Positions 25,127 through 37,749 of a stretch of 64,000 nucleotides of DNA are shown piece after piece. The notes under the pieces are model-generated. The model ran no database searches. It saw only the letters and a list, made by a program, of their open reading frames with translations, and was not told the DNA's origin. A program made the translations under genes and the position numbers. Source of the DNA: Cetorhinus maximus (lineage: Eukaryota); the NCBI RefSeq assembly GCF_964194155.1, contig NC_135891.1, positions 14,012,001-14,076,000 on the forward strand. The letters are read 5' to 3'. The number at the start of each line of letters is the position of its first letter. Position 1 is the stretch's first letter.

Positions 25127-26896
25127 ATGCCACAATTTGGCTGCATCGAACCGTTTGATCAGACCACTGAAGAATGGTCACATTATACTGAACACCTCGC
25201 GTTTTTCTTTTTGGCCAATGACATATTGGGGGAGGAGAAGTGGCGGGCGATCCTCTTGCCGACATGTGGCAGTAAAATGTACGGCCTAATTTGTAGTCTA
25301 TCGGCACCCAATGTCCCAGGTTCCAAGAGCTTTGATGAGTTGGTGAATCCAGTGAAAGGTTATCTCCAACCTCGGTAACAGCGCAGTGTTTTACATTCAA
25401 TTCGAGGTGTCACCCCCCTTGGACAGACAGTCGCTTGCTATGTGGCAGCCTTAAAACAACCGACAGAGCACTGTGAGCTCGGGACATCGATTAACGACAT
25501 GTTAAGAGACAGATTAGTGTGTGGATTAACGAAGATCTCATTCAAAAAAGGTCGGCTCTCTGAGACAAATTTGGATTTCAGCAAAGCCCTGGAGTTGGTG
25601 CTCGCAATGGAAAGCGCAGTCAGGGACTCAGAAGAAATCAAGGGAGCACAAAATGGCGCCGATCTTCTCATCGGGAGGGAGGCATCGGCTAGAAATGGCA
25701 CAGAAGTTCAGAGTCCGCGGAAAGGCGGGAAACAGCTGCAATTAACAGACCAGCAAAAAGCAATAGCTTAACGGATAAAAACCACATTCACAATAGCAGA
25801 ATTGGAACCAGATAGCCTACAAACGAATGATAATTTAAAAGAACTGAGTGCTTCTACTGTCATTGCAAAGGGCACATTATGCGATATTTTAAAGAAAGAT
25901 TGAAGTCAAAATTCAAACAAAAAGGCAGAAGTCATGAAATTTATATAATAGAGGAACCAGAAGAAACAGAGACAGTTATTTACTTTCTACACAATTTAAA
26001 AATGGATAAAACAGAGCGAACCTATATGGCAGTAGAAGTCAACAGAAAACCCCTTCATACGGAAGTAGATTCAGGCGCATCCACAACAGTCATAAGAGAA
26101 CACGTTTAAGTATCTGAATGGAGGAGGCTACTCACTAAAGCTGGAAAACTCAGATCCCAGACTAAAGACATATACTGGTGAAAACATATGAGTGAAAGGT
26201 AGATGCAAAATTCCAGTACAATATGAAAGCCAGTCTGCAAATCTGCACATCATGGTGATAGCAGACAGAGGACCCAGTCTCCTTGGAAGAAACTGGTTAA
26301 GAGAGATCAATCTTGAGAGATTACTGAGATCTCATTCAGAAGCAGGAAATGTTACTGTTTGGAAAAAGGGGTATGTAAAGACTCAACAGAAGGAACTCAT
26401 AGAGCTGATGCTTCAGGACAGAGTTTGAGTTGAAGTCAGTAACCTCCAAAAATACAAAGAAAACCTGCTGAAGGGCTTTCGCATATTGCAAGATTCCCTC
26501 AGACCCCAATTTGTACCTCTAAAAAGGTATGAGGAAGGACAGAAAGAATTCCGCATACCTCTGGCCAAGATGAAGAATCAGTTAGCCGAGGAAGCCCAAC
26601 AGTACTTAATTCTCCAGGAAACAACCAACAAGTCTAAAAAAGAAATGGAAGAACTGAAGAACCAGCTACGCGGAAGCCAAGAAGCCTTACAAATAGAGAC
26701 CCCTGAGTTTTCAAAGGAGCTGACAGATGAGGAAATGTTGGAAGACTCGACTACCAAGTTCACTCAAGTCGAGCTTATACCCGAGTCCAGTCTAGCCAAT
26801 AGGGAAGTTGAAGAGGAAACCGAGATGAAAGCCAGCGCAGCCAAGAAGAAAACCCATCAAAAGAAGCCACGTAGGAAGAGAAAGCAAAATTACTAA
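25127..26896 (+). pseudogene. Disrupted gag - zinc knuckle - aspartic protease - coiled-coil polyprotein
   Basis: FD..EEW..Y, RAILL..CG, MLRDRLVCG, CFYCHCKGH knuckle, VDSGAS, LKTYTGE, GPSLLGRNWL; the same frame continues through one TGA (26426) into a K/E/Q-rich coiled coil ending KKPRRKRKQNY*. Confidence 0.85.
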
Positions 26897-27065
26897 CAAG
26901 GCCCCAAAATTTTTTTTTTTACACAACAGGAGGCTGATCGTTTTGTGTTGAATTTAGCCTTGCCCAACATCCTGATTCTCAGAACCTGCCCGACAGTTGC
27001 CCTTCATATTGTTGAATTAGGAGGGGAGGGGCAGCAGGAGTGCATGCGATGAGTCCCAAAAGAGT

Positions 27066-27302
27066 GTGAAAGTATTCCCTTTGGAGCCTACACCACAGAC
27101 AGAAAGAACTCCTCTTGCTTTGGAAGTTCTTGTAGGACCCATTGAGCCTGAGAGTGTTGAAGAGGCAAACTTGCAGGTGCCTGCTGGGGAGCCTAGTGGA
27201 CAGATAACTCCTGAGATGGAGGCCTCAGATAAACTATCTGAAATCTTGGAACTACGACAGTTGACACATTTGAAAAAGCCTCCTGAGAGTCTAAATTTGT
27301 AA
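27066..27302 (+). pseudogene. Remnant of the post-integrase pol C-terminal tail
   Basis: P/E-rich linker ending LRQLTHLKKPPESLNL*, resembling the LRRSxRxxKPPxRL ending of Gypsy pol. Confidence 0.6.
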
Positions 27303-27348
27303 ATAGTTAATTTTTCTAAATAGTTAATATATTGTGAGATGTACTTTC

Positions 27349-27365
27349 AAGTAAAGGGGGAGGGA
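27349..27365 (+). promoter_or_regulatory. Polypurine tract
   Basis: AAGTAAAGGGGGAGGGA immediately before the 3' LTR. Confidence 0.85.
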
Positions 27366-27657
27366 TGTCGTAATCTGAGGTGTAGTACACCTTTAAGAGA
27401 ATGTGAGCAGATTGACCATGTGACTGTAAGACCCAATAGCTGTGTAGTGTGGGCTACCAGGTGAATGTTAGTCTAGAGTAGGGTCTGGCCGGAGAAGTGT
27501 ACATCATGTTAATGCTCTGTTGTTTGTGTAAATAAATATTATATGCTTCATTTCATATTGGTCTCTGCGTCTGCCATATATGGTAATCGACTTGCCTGCC
27601 GACAGATAAGCGTGCAACCGGTTCGTGAGCATAGCAATCCGTGGTTAAAACATTTCA
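27366..27657 (+). repeat. 3' LTR
   Basis: Direct repeat of 24684-24975. Confidence 0.95.
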
Positions 27658-28946
27658 AGTGAAGCGGTCTTAGAAAATAACATTGTATTCCACTGATCAT
27701 TAATGTATTTTATTGCTTGCAAGAGAGACTATAAATAGCATAAAAAAGTACTTTACTGTCTCAGCTCCTCCATACTCACCTTTAGTTAGAATGCTAGGAC
27801 AGGAGTATGAGATTGCAAAGTCGGTATGTTATTCACAGGCTATTGCTGAATTCGGTGGATTTTTTTTTATTTATCAGAAGCTGACAGATTTAAACATATC
27901 ACGAGTTTAACAGGGATAAGTGAAATCCAAATTATCAGAATCTGTGCAGCTCAATAGAACCAGGGCACAATCAGGGGCTTCCACTGGCTCCATGCTTGAA
28001 TGTTTTAATGGTATTTTCCAGCAGCAAAAATAGTGTAGAGCAAAGCTTTCAGTTTGCCAAAGGAACATGGAAATCCGATAAGGCCTACGACCTACAACAA
28101 CAACAACTTGCATACTAATAGTGCCTTTAATGCAGTGAAACTTTCAGAGGTACTTTGCGGGAGCAGAACCCATTGCTGCTCCTCTGGCCTTGGATCAGGC
28201 GCTCTGGAATTTCAGTCCTAAAGAGGTTTCAGGGGGTGCCTCACTTAGTTTTGATAGGATTGCGTCTGCTTAGGTTTAGCTGTGCTGAGACTCGATCTTG
28301 CCTGGACATAACCTAACTCTGATGGGAGACACTTAATTTAAAATTCCTGCTCAGCAAATATAAAGCTCACAGCTCCAAACAAACTATATACTTTTGAGTT
28401 TTCCTATAAAGTGCTCTGAGGATTCGCAACTCTCCAGATACATTTTCCCAGTACCCAGAACAATGCATCATTTCCACAGACAGCCCAACAAACCAAAACA
28501 TGACCTTATCATTGAAAAAAACTTGAGGTAGCATACCCTGGGAGGATAATAAACCCATTTACCATATGGGGTTTAAATTCCTTAGTGCTCCAAGCTGTGC
28601 AAGCTACCAGCAGTGCACAGTGATATTTCACCAGATTGATGAGTAAAGTTGCCCTCAGGCCTCATCAGAATAAATCAGGTGAGCTGAGAATGCCAGAGAC
28701 ACTCCAATGAAGCTTGCCTGCTGAGGCCTTATAAACTTCATCTTGTGCCAAGGCCCAGCAATCAGTCCAATTTGTGGGCAGGAGGGAGGGGGAGAAGGTG
28801 ATCAGGAACGGTGTGAAGACAGACTGATAGTAGCCCTTTCTGCTCCTTCTGACTCTGCAAAATACAAGAAGATTCCACATTTTTGGGTCTTTCTCAGCAA
28901 TTTTCAGTCATCCATCCAAGCTAACACCGGTTAGGCTGCCTTCACA

Positions 28947-31145
28947 TTAAGGATACCCCCTCCATTCTGTTGTGTGGCACTACCACCGTGCTAAATGGGA
29001 TACGTTTCTAACAGATCTAGCAACTCAAGACTGGGCATCCATGAGGCGCTGTGGGCCATCAGCAGCAGCAGAATTGTACTTGAACACAATCTGTAACCTC
29101 ATGGCCCGGCATATCCCCCACTCTACCATTACCATCAAGCCAGGGGATCAACACTGGTTCAATGAAGAGTGCAGGAGGGCATGCCAGGAGCAGCACCAGG
29201 CATACCTAAAAATGAGGTGAAGCCTGGTGAAGCTGTAACACAGGACTACTTGCATGCCAAACAGCATAAGCAGCAAGTGATAGGCAGAGCTAAGCAATCC
29301 CACAACCAACGGATCAGATCTAAGCTCAGCAGTCCTGCCACATCTAGTTGTGAATGGTGGTGGACAATTAAACAACTCTCTGGAGGAGGTGGCTCCACAA
29401 ATATCCCCATCCTCAATGATGGGGAAGACAGCACATCAATGCAAAAGGTAAGGCTGAAGCATTTGCTACAATCTTCAGCCAGAAGTGCTGAGTGGATGAT
29501 CCTTCTCGGCCTCTGTCTGAGGCCCCAGCATCACAGATGCCAGTCTTCAGCCAATTCAATTCAACTCCACGTGATATCAAGAAACGGCTGAAGGCACTGG
29601 ATACTGCAAAGGCTATGGGCCCTGACAGCATTCCGGCAATAGTACTGAAGACTTGTGCCCCAGAACTTGTCACACCCCTAGCCAAGCTGTTCCAATACAG
29701 CTACAATGCTGACATCTACCCAGCTATGTGGAAAATTACCCAGGTATGTCCTGTACACAAAAAGCAGGACAAATCCAACCTGGCCAATTACCGCCCCATC
29801 AGTCTACTCTCGATCATCAGTAAAGTAATGGAAGGGGTCATTAGCAGTGCTATCAAGCGGCATTTACTTAGCAATAACCTGCTCACTGATGCCCAGTTTG
29901 GGTTCCGCCAGGGCCACTCAGCTCCTGACCTTGTTACAGCCTTGGTTCAAGCATGGCCAAAAGAGCTGAACTCCCGAGGTGAGGTGAGAGTGACTGCCCT
30001 TGACATCTAGGCAGCATTTGACCTAACGTGGCATCAAGGAGCCCTAGCAAAACTGGAGTCAATGGGAATCAGGGGGAAAACTCTCCGCTGGTTGGAGTCA
30101 TACCTAGCACAAAGGAAGATGGTTGTGGTTGTTGGAGGTCAGTCATCTTAGCTCCAGGACATCACTGCAGGAGTTCCTCAGGGTAGTGTCCTAGGCCCAA
30201 CCATCTTCAACTGCTTCATCAATGACCTTCCTTCCATCATATGGTCAGAAGCAGGGATGTTCGCTGATGATTGCACAATGTTCAGCACCATTCACGACTC
30301 CTCAGATACTGAAGCAGTCCATGTCCAAATGCAGCAAGACCTGAACAATATCCAGGCTTGGGCTGACAATTGGCAAGTAACATTTGCAACACACAAGTGT
30401 CAAGCAATGACCATCTCCAAGAAGAGAGAATCCAACCATCGTCCCTTGATGTTCAATGGCATTAACATCACTGAATCCCCTACTATGAACATCCTGGGGG
30501 TTACCTTTGACCAGAAACTGAACTGAACTATCCATATAAATACTGTGGCTACAAGAGCAGGTCAGAGGCTAGGAATCGTGTGATGGGTAACTCACCTCCT
30601 GACTCCCCAAAGTCTGTCCAACATCTACAAGGCACAAGTCAGGAGTGTGATGGAATACTCCCCACTTGCCTGGATGAGTGCAGCTCCTACAACACTCAAA
30701 AAGCTTGACACCATCTAAGACAAAGCAGCCCACTTGATTGGCACCACATTCACAAACATTCACTCCCTCCACCCCCGACGCACAGTAGCAGCAGTGTGTA
30801 CCATCTACAAGATGCACTGCAGGAATTCACCAAGGCTCCTTAGACAGCACCTTCCAAACCATCGACCACTGCCACCTAGAAGAACAAGGCCAGCAGATAT
30901 GTGATAACACCACCACATGGAATTTCCCCTCCAAGCCACTCACCATCATGACTTGGAAATATATCGCCGTTCCTTCACTGTCGCTGGGTCAAAATCCTGG
31001 AACTCCCTTCTTAACTGCAATGTGGATGTACCTACACCACATGGACTGCAGCGGTTCAAGAAGGCAGCTCACCACCACCTTCTCATTGGCAGTAAATGCT
31101 GGCCCAGCCAGCGAAGCCCACATCCCATGAATGAATAAAAAAAAA
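28947..31145 (+). mobile_element. 5'-truncated L2/Crack-like (CR1 group) LINE, ORF2 RT, with stops
   Basis: KAMGPDSIP, NYRPISLLS, QFGFR, GVPQGSVLGP, FADD, YKAQVRSVMEYS; AATG/poly-A tail. Exact clade not resolved by eye. Confidence 0.93.
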
Positions 31146-31151
31146 GACCCA

Positions 31152-33660
31152 TAAATCACAGAATCACAGAATTGTTACGGTATAGAAGAAGGCCATTCGG
31201 CCCATCGTATCTGCACTGGCTCTCTGAGCATTTTAAATTTGTGCCAATCTCCTGTCTTTTCCCTGTAACCCTGCTCATTGTTTCTATTTAAATAATCATC
31301 CAATGCCCCCTTGAATGCTTCAATCGAACCTGCCCCCACCGTACTTCCAGGCAGTTCATTCCAAACCTACTTGCTGGTGAAAAAGTTTTTTCTCACCTCA
31401 CATTTGCTTCTTTTGGAAAACACTTTAAAACTGTGCCCTCTAGTTCTCGATCCGTTTATGGGCAGGAACAGTTTCTCTCTACCTACTCTGTCCAGACTAT
31501 TCATGATTTTGAAAACTCCTGTCAAGTCTCCCCTTCGCCTTCTCCTCTCCCAAGAAAACATTCCCAGCTTCTCCAATCTTTCCTCATAACTGAAGTGTCT
31601 CATCCATGGAACCATTTGCATAAAACCCTTTTGCGCTCTCTCCAATGCGTTCACATCCTTCCTATCGTGTGGCATCCAGAACTGTATACAATACTCCAGC
31701 TGAGGTCTAACCAGTGTCTTATTAAGTTCACCATAACCTCCCTGCTCTTGTACTCCATGCCCCTATTAATAAAGCTGTATGCTTTAGTAACAGCCCTCTC
31801 TACCTGTCCTGCCACCTTTAATGACTTATATACATATACACCTAGGTCTCTCTGCTCCTGCTCTGCTCTCTGCACACCCTTTAGAATAGTATCCTTTATT
31901 TTGTACTGTCTCTCCATGTTCTTTGTACTGAAGTGTATCACATCACATTTCATTGCATTGAACTTCACATGCCACCTATCTGCCTACTCCACCAATGTGT
32001 CCATGCCCTTTTGAAGTTCTACACTGTCCTCCTCACAGTTTACAATTCTCCCAAGTTTTGTGTCATCCGCAAACTTTGAAGTTATCCCCTGCACACCAAG
32101 ATCTAGATCATTTATATATATCAGGAAAAGCAAGGGTTCTAACACCGACCCCTGGGGAAGTCCACTACAAACCTTCTTCCAGCTGGAAAAATATCCATTA
32201 ACCATTACTCTTTGTTTCCTATCCCTCAGCCAATTATGTATCTATGTTACTACTGTCCCTTTTATTCCATGACCTATAAATTTCCTCATAAGTCTGTTGT
32301 GTGACACTCTATCGAACGTCTTTTGGAAATTCATAAACACCACATCAATGGCCTTGCCCTCATCAACCATCTCTGTTACCTCTTCAAAAAACTCCAGCAA
32401 TTTAGTTAGACATGATTTTTCTTTAACAAATCCTTTAACGCTTTTCTGAATCAATCCACATTTTGTCATGTGACTATTAATTCTATCCCGAATAATTGTT
32501 TCTAGAAGTTTCCCCACCACTGACTGGTCTGTGATCGTAGGGCAGATCTTTACAACCCTTTTTTGAACAAGGGCGTAATGTTTGCAATTCTCCAGTCCTC
32601 CAGCACCTCCCCTGAATCCAGAGAACATTGAAAGATTATTGCCAGTGCCGCTGCAATTTCCACTTTCACTTCCTTCAATATTCTTGGATGCATCTCATCT
32701 GGTCCTGGTGCCTTAACAAATTTAAGTACCAATAGCTTACCCAATAACTCCTCCTTAACCATTTTAAACCCTTCTAGTGACTGAGTTTCCTCATCTGTCA
32801 CCAGGACCTGGGCAGCATCTGCCTTGTAGGTAAAGACAGGTGCAAAGTATTCATTTAACACCTCAGCAATGCCTCTTGCCTTTATGTGTAAATCCCCTTT
32901 ATGGTCCCTAATAGGCCCTACTCCTCCTTTTACCACCCTTTTACTATTGATGTGCTTATAGAATACTTTGGGATTTCCTTTTATGTTAGCTGCTTGTCTT
33001 TTTTCATAATCCCTCTTTGCTTCTTGTATTTGCTTTTTCACAACCCTCCTGATCCGTCTGTATTCAGCTTGGTTCTCAATTGTATTTGCTACCCGACATC
33101 TGTCATAAGCACACTTTTTCTTCTTTAACTTAATTTCTATCTCCTTTTTCATCCAGGGAGCTCTGGATTTGTTTGTCCTACCCATCCCTTTTGAGGGAAC
33201 GTACCTTGGCTGTGCCCAAACCATCTCCTCTTTGAAGGTCATCCATTGTTCAGCTAGTGTTTCTCCCCCCAATCTTTGGTTTCAGTCTATCCGACCCAGC
33301 TCTGTTCTTGCCCCATTGAAGTCTGTTCTCTACCAGTTGATTATTCTTATTCCGGGTTGACCAATGTCATTTTCCACCATCATCCTATTTATGATACAAT
33401 GATCACTGCCCCCTAAATGTTCCCCACTGTCACTTGATCTACTTGGCCCACCTCATTCCCAAGGACCATGTCTAGCAGTGCCTCCTTTATTGTTGGACTG
33501 GACATATTCTATTGTAGGAAATTCTCCTGAACACAATCTAGGAATGCCTGCCCCTCACTGCCCCTTATGCTACCAGTATCTCTGTCTATATACGGGAAAT
33601 TAAAGTCCCCCATTATAATTGCTCTATGATGTTTACACGTCTCTGTAATTTCCTTGTGGA
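31152..33660 (-). mobile_element. CR1 LINE (EN C-terminus, tether, RT, 3' tail)
   Basis: Minus ORFs KAPGPDEMHP, DWRIANITPLFKKG, PQGSVL, KFADDTKLG, RTRGHSFK; (CACAGAAT)n tail; tail-to-tail with the L2-like element. Confidence 0.95.
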
Positions 33661-33960
33661 TTTGTTCCCTATAAGTGTCTTTATATTCCTCTATAAATGC
33701 TGGTCGTAGATTGAGCCTCTGACTGGGGCATCCAAATTTAATGGTCCAGGTTTGAAATGAGCCTGGAAGTAAGATGTTCTCTCATTTCAGCTGGACAACT
33801 GACAAAAAAGACCCCCCCACCACCATCAACTTAACAGTGGCCTGCACACTTTATTTCAGGCTAGGGTTCTGAATTAGGTTTATTAAGAAATAAAATTAAC
33901 TAGAAACAAAGACCACGTCAACAACAATGAGTGAATCACAGTATTTTTCATTAGCCTACA

Positions 33961-34312
33961 GTGCAGAAATTTATCATGGGCTTCAGGACATTGATGCCTG
34001 GGTGAAAGCAGGTTCTGAGCCTATACTTGCCAGTGGAGGAACTGGCTCAGTGATTTTACAGCAGGCTGCCTCTTAGCTGGGCATCTGTGGGACTGCTGTC
34101 AATTAAGAATGCCAGGCACTCTCCTGATGCTGTTGGCCCAACCAGAGGACCTCTGTGGAGTGGGCAGCTGATTTGTCTTGCTGTCCACTGCTGGGTAACA
34201 TCCCTGGTGGCAGGACACCGATGGGAACTATCCTGAGATGGCTGCCCACTATTTCACAAGCCCCACCCCCTGCCTCTGTTCCTGCCATTCAGAGAGCAGT
34301 AAAATTCAGTGC
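33961..34312. mobile_element. Decayed MITE-like element
   Basis: Weak TIR GTGCAGAAATTTA / TAAAATTCAGTGC. Confidence 0.3.
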
Positions 34313-35732
34313 AGAGAATCTACAACAACACAGGAGAACATCTTGGGGGTAAAATTGATTTTGGGTAATACTGCAAAGCCGGCATTAGTGAGTTGGCAGC
34401 ATTGACCTGAGGAAAAAGAAAATTAGACAACATGTAAAACAGGCTAATGATTCACTATCATCCATTTAGCACTAAAGCCCCAGACCAATTTCGCCACTCT
34501 TGTCTGTTAGCAGATGTCCGTAGTATCATGATTGCACTTTGGGCTTGTGAAAATCAGATGTCCGTAGGGTGCATCACTAGCCCCAGTTCATTAGTTGTCT
34601 GGTAAAGCAGAGATTCACTGAGGAATGCTTGAGTCAGAGCCCCAATTATATTCACTTTTTTGCTTTGACATCCAGAAGATTACACAAGACTGATAGTGCC
34701 AATTATGTAGCACTGCCAATCAGAGAGCTATTTGGAGGCCCAGGAAGTTGCCTGACACATTTTCCTGATGTACTGTTTATACCTGCGAAACAAAGGAGCT
34801 CTGACAAAGAGGGGGATGTCCATCCTCCCAGTGGGCTTTCCAGCACTAATAATGCCAGTTGTCTCTGGTACTTAGAAAACAATCCAAACTCATCAGGGCC
34901 AGACAAGCTCCTCTACCAGATGTCAAGTCAAGATGTGCATTCCCTCTGATACAGAAGAACAGCAAGTAAGGAAGAGATGTGGATTTATCACAATGCTGAC
35001 AAATTAGCAATTCCCGTAAAGAAAGATTAGAATATCAAACATTTGATTATTTGAAACAAAATAGACCTCAGCCATCATAATTATTATGTACCATTTTGGA
35101 TGGCCACTTTCGAATTGTACCTATAATTACACCAGGGGAATATCTACCAATAAAGGAGATATTCCTGTCATTAGGCCCTTGGTGAATATAACTGAGTGCT
35201 GGTTGGGCAGTTACCTTGTTGCCAACATAAATGGCATAATGGCTAACGTAGGAATAGTACAAAGCATGAAACAAAACTTGAGCCAAGCCCTTTTATCTTG
35301 AACCAAGCCCTGCTTTGCTGATAATTTTTTAAAAATTCATTCATGGGATGTGGGCGTTGCTAACTAGGCCGGCATTTAAGGAGCTTAAATATGGGACATT
35401 AATTAGCCCCATTGCAATTGCTCTTTATAAGGTATAAACATTATTAAGCTTTGTACTAATCACATTAACAGCATTGGTTCTTCAACGAGAAAGGCATTGT
35501 GCATCAATCACAAGGAGCGAACTACAAATAGAAACTTACAGCAGGTCAGTGAATATCTATAAGGAGAGCACACAGGTAATTGATGTTTGGAGTATATAAG
35601 CTCCCCTGCCATCCCTACTGCACCCTCAGCTGCCTAAAGAATAAAAATGAAATTAAGCTAGTCCAATAACTTGAATGCAGGCACATTTTGTAAAAAGAGA
35701 TAATGGACACAGGAGAGACATTTCAGTACCTT

Positions 35733-36458
35733 GGGCTGAATTTTCATTCCCAGATCTTGATCCAGCCATTGGGGATGAAATGCAAGTCGGGAACCCACAA
35801 GTGCAGGTGATGGGATCCAGAGGGTGCTTTTGAAGGATGTGGCCAATTAACTGGCCGTCTCTGGGAGCCCTGTCTAATGAAGGACGGTGACAGGCTCCTG
35901 AGTCTGGAGGGTCAATAGGAGGCCTTCCTGCAGTCAGTGTCAGCAGCCACACTGTCAGAGGTGGGGGCTGCTGAAGTATGTGGAGAGGTGTGAGGTCACC
36001 TCCATTCTCGGTTGCCGACCACAAATCAGCTAAGTGTGGACATCCAGAGGGTTAGGGCCCTCGGAGATCAGGCTCCCCACAGTAATGGGCACTGCCACAG
36101 TTGCAGCCGATATTTGGAGCGGAAGCTTTAAAATATACTGGAGCCTCCAGCTCTGGTGTCTGCCCAGCCTGCTGGTGGTAGATGCCATCGTTTCATGAAC
36201 ATCCTCCTGTTGTGAGGGGCAGCCCAAATGCAGGATTGAAAATCTGGTTGGCATTGGCGAAGTGCCAACAATTAACCCACTGAGGCCTTGAGGGACTTAA
36301 TTGCTTACCCGCCGTGGTTGGGTGGACAACCATTCCTGACGCCAATCCGACTCCTCCCTATTCCTGTGGAAGCTGGAATGTGCCTTGGAGCCTTCCCATT
36401 TTTGGCCCCACCCCTCCACCTCCAGTCCCTCTGCTACATGCCGTTGAAAACTCATCCC
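35733..36458. mobile_element. Harbinger-type MITE
   Basis: TIR GGGCTGAATTTTCA / TGAAAACTCATCCC; GGCCAATTAACTGGCC internal palindrome; TSD not clean. Confidence 0.55.
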
Positions 36459-37048
36459 TCTATCTTTGATGGGAAACTTCTAAAGATTTTCTGTTATGGT
36501 TTAAGATCTTAGCAACACCTCTCCTTGGCATTACTGCTTCAGAATCACTCCTGGATGTCTGTTACTCTTTATAATTGTACCTGTTGTGTGTCTGGATCTT
36601 GTATGTTTCTAAAACACGCTGCTGTGCGTTACCCACCAGAATATGTACATGAGCCACAGGAAAGTTCAATTGGAGCTTAACTAATGGAGAAAACGATGAT
36701 TACACAAAGGCCAAGGGACTTCTTGGTGCAGTTAACCTGATAGTTTCACTTGTTACAGTTTACACAGCAAGGGTGCCTTACCATAACATACAGTATTTCC
36801 TTTGGTTACATGTTATATGGGAGTTACTCTTGTTACAAATTGCAAATTACATGGGAGTATCCTTTGTTAAAACTTGCACAAGAGAAGGGGTCCTTTGTTC
36901 CAATTTTCATCATAGTTCCCTCTGTTCAAGGTGTAGGCATTCTCCTTGTTGAAATTCACATGACAACTTCCCATGTTTAAATTTACATGAGTACCCATCT
37001 TGTTGCAAGAGTGTTTCCCACGTGACACAAGAGCACCTAAAATCCATG

Positions 37049-37719
37049 GGGCAGGATTTTACATTCGGTGTGCAGGGGTGCGCGCCCGACACGCTGGAAC
37101 GTAGTATGATGTGCGTTGATGTCGGGTGTGCGTCCCGATGTCATCGCGCTATCTCGTGATATTTTGCGACAACTGAAAGGCCTATTAAGGCCAATAACAA
37201 ACGAATTAACTCCAAACATACGCTGCCTGTCCAACCTAACAGTTGACGGGCAGGTGAGAAGGCCAAGCAGCCTTTACGTTTTTTTAGGAAATCTTATCCA
37301 CGAGCGGGATGAGGTTTCCTAAAGCTCTTACAAATTAAATAAAAACTTTCTTTCGACGTTAAAAACATGTCCCATCTCATCTCACACAGTCACACGAGGA
37401 GACATGTTTCATTAAATTTTTAATGTGTTTCATAATTTTTTTAAAAATAGCGCTTCAGCCTCCCTGAGGCAGCTCCGAGATTGAAGTGCTCTTCCGCATA
37501 TGCTCGAAAGAGCGCTGGCCCCGACTCGCCCTCCTCCCTCCACCGCCCGCACAGGTAGCGCTACCCAGCTCACGATGCATGCAGGGCAGGCCTTAATTGG
37601 CCCGCTCGCGTGAAATTGCGGCGCGGAGCCGATCGCAGCAGCAGTTGCCTCCGTGACCACACCCACCCGCTCCCACCAAGCCTCCCCCCCCTCCCCCCGA
37701 CCAATGTAAAATCCTGGCC
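37049..37719 (+). mobile_element. Harbinger-type MITE, family A
   Basis: TIR GGGCAGGATTTTACATT / AATGTAAAATCCTGGCC; TSD ATG (37046-48 and 37720-22). Confidence 0.9.
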
Positions 37720-37749
37720 ATGGTTACAACCCACCGCCAATAGGTCCAG

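Larger units (their letters stand above)
24684..27657 (+). mobile_element. Non-autonomous Ty3/Gypsy LTR retrotransposon (gag-protease-coiled coil; no RT/RNaseH/IN core)
   Basis: Two 292-bp TG..CA LTRs, PBS, PPT, gag and aspartic protease motifs; flanks ACTG/AGTG. Confidence 0.92.

Noticed and set aside
26486-26896. Retroviral env gene
   Set aside because: No signal peptide, fusion peptide or transmembrane segment; in frame with protease and upstream of the pol tail.
31433-32014. 193-aa plus-strand ORF
   Set aside because: Antisense shadow of CR1 RT.
35068-35286. PLAAT/LRAT-family gene call from HYAIYVG
   Set aside because: Only a 7-residue match; no second His or NCEHF motif found, so kept only as a speculative exon.
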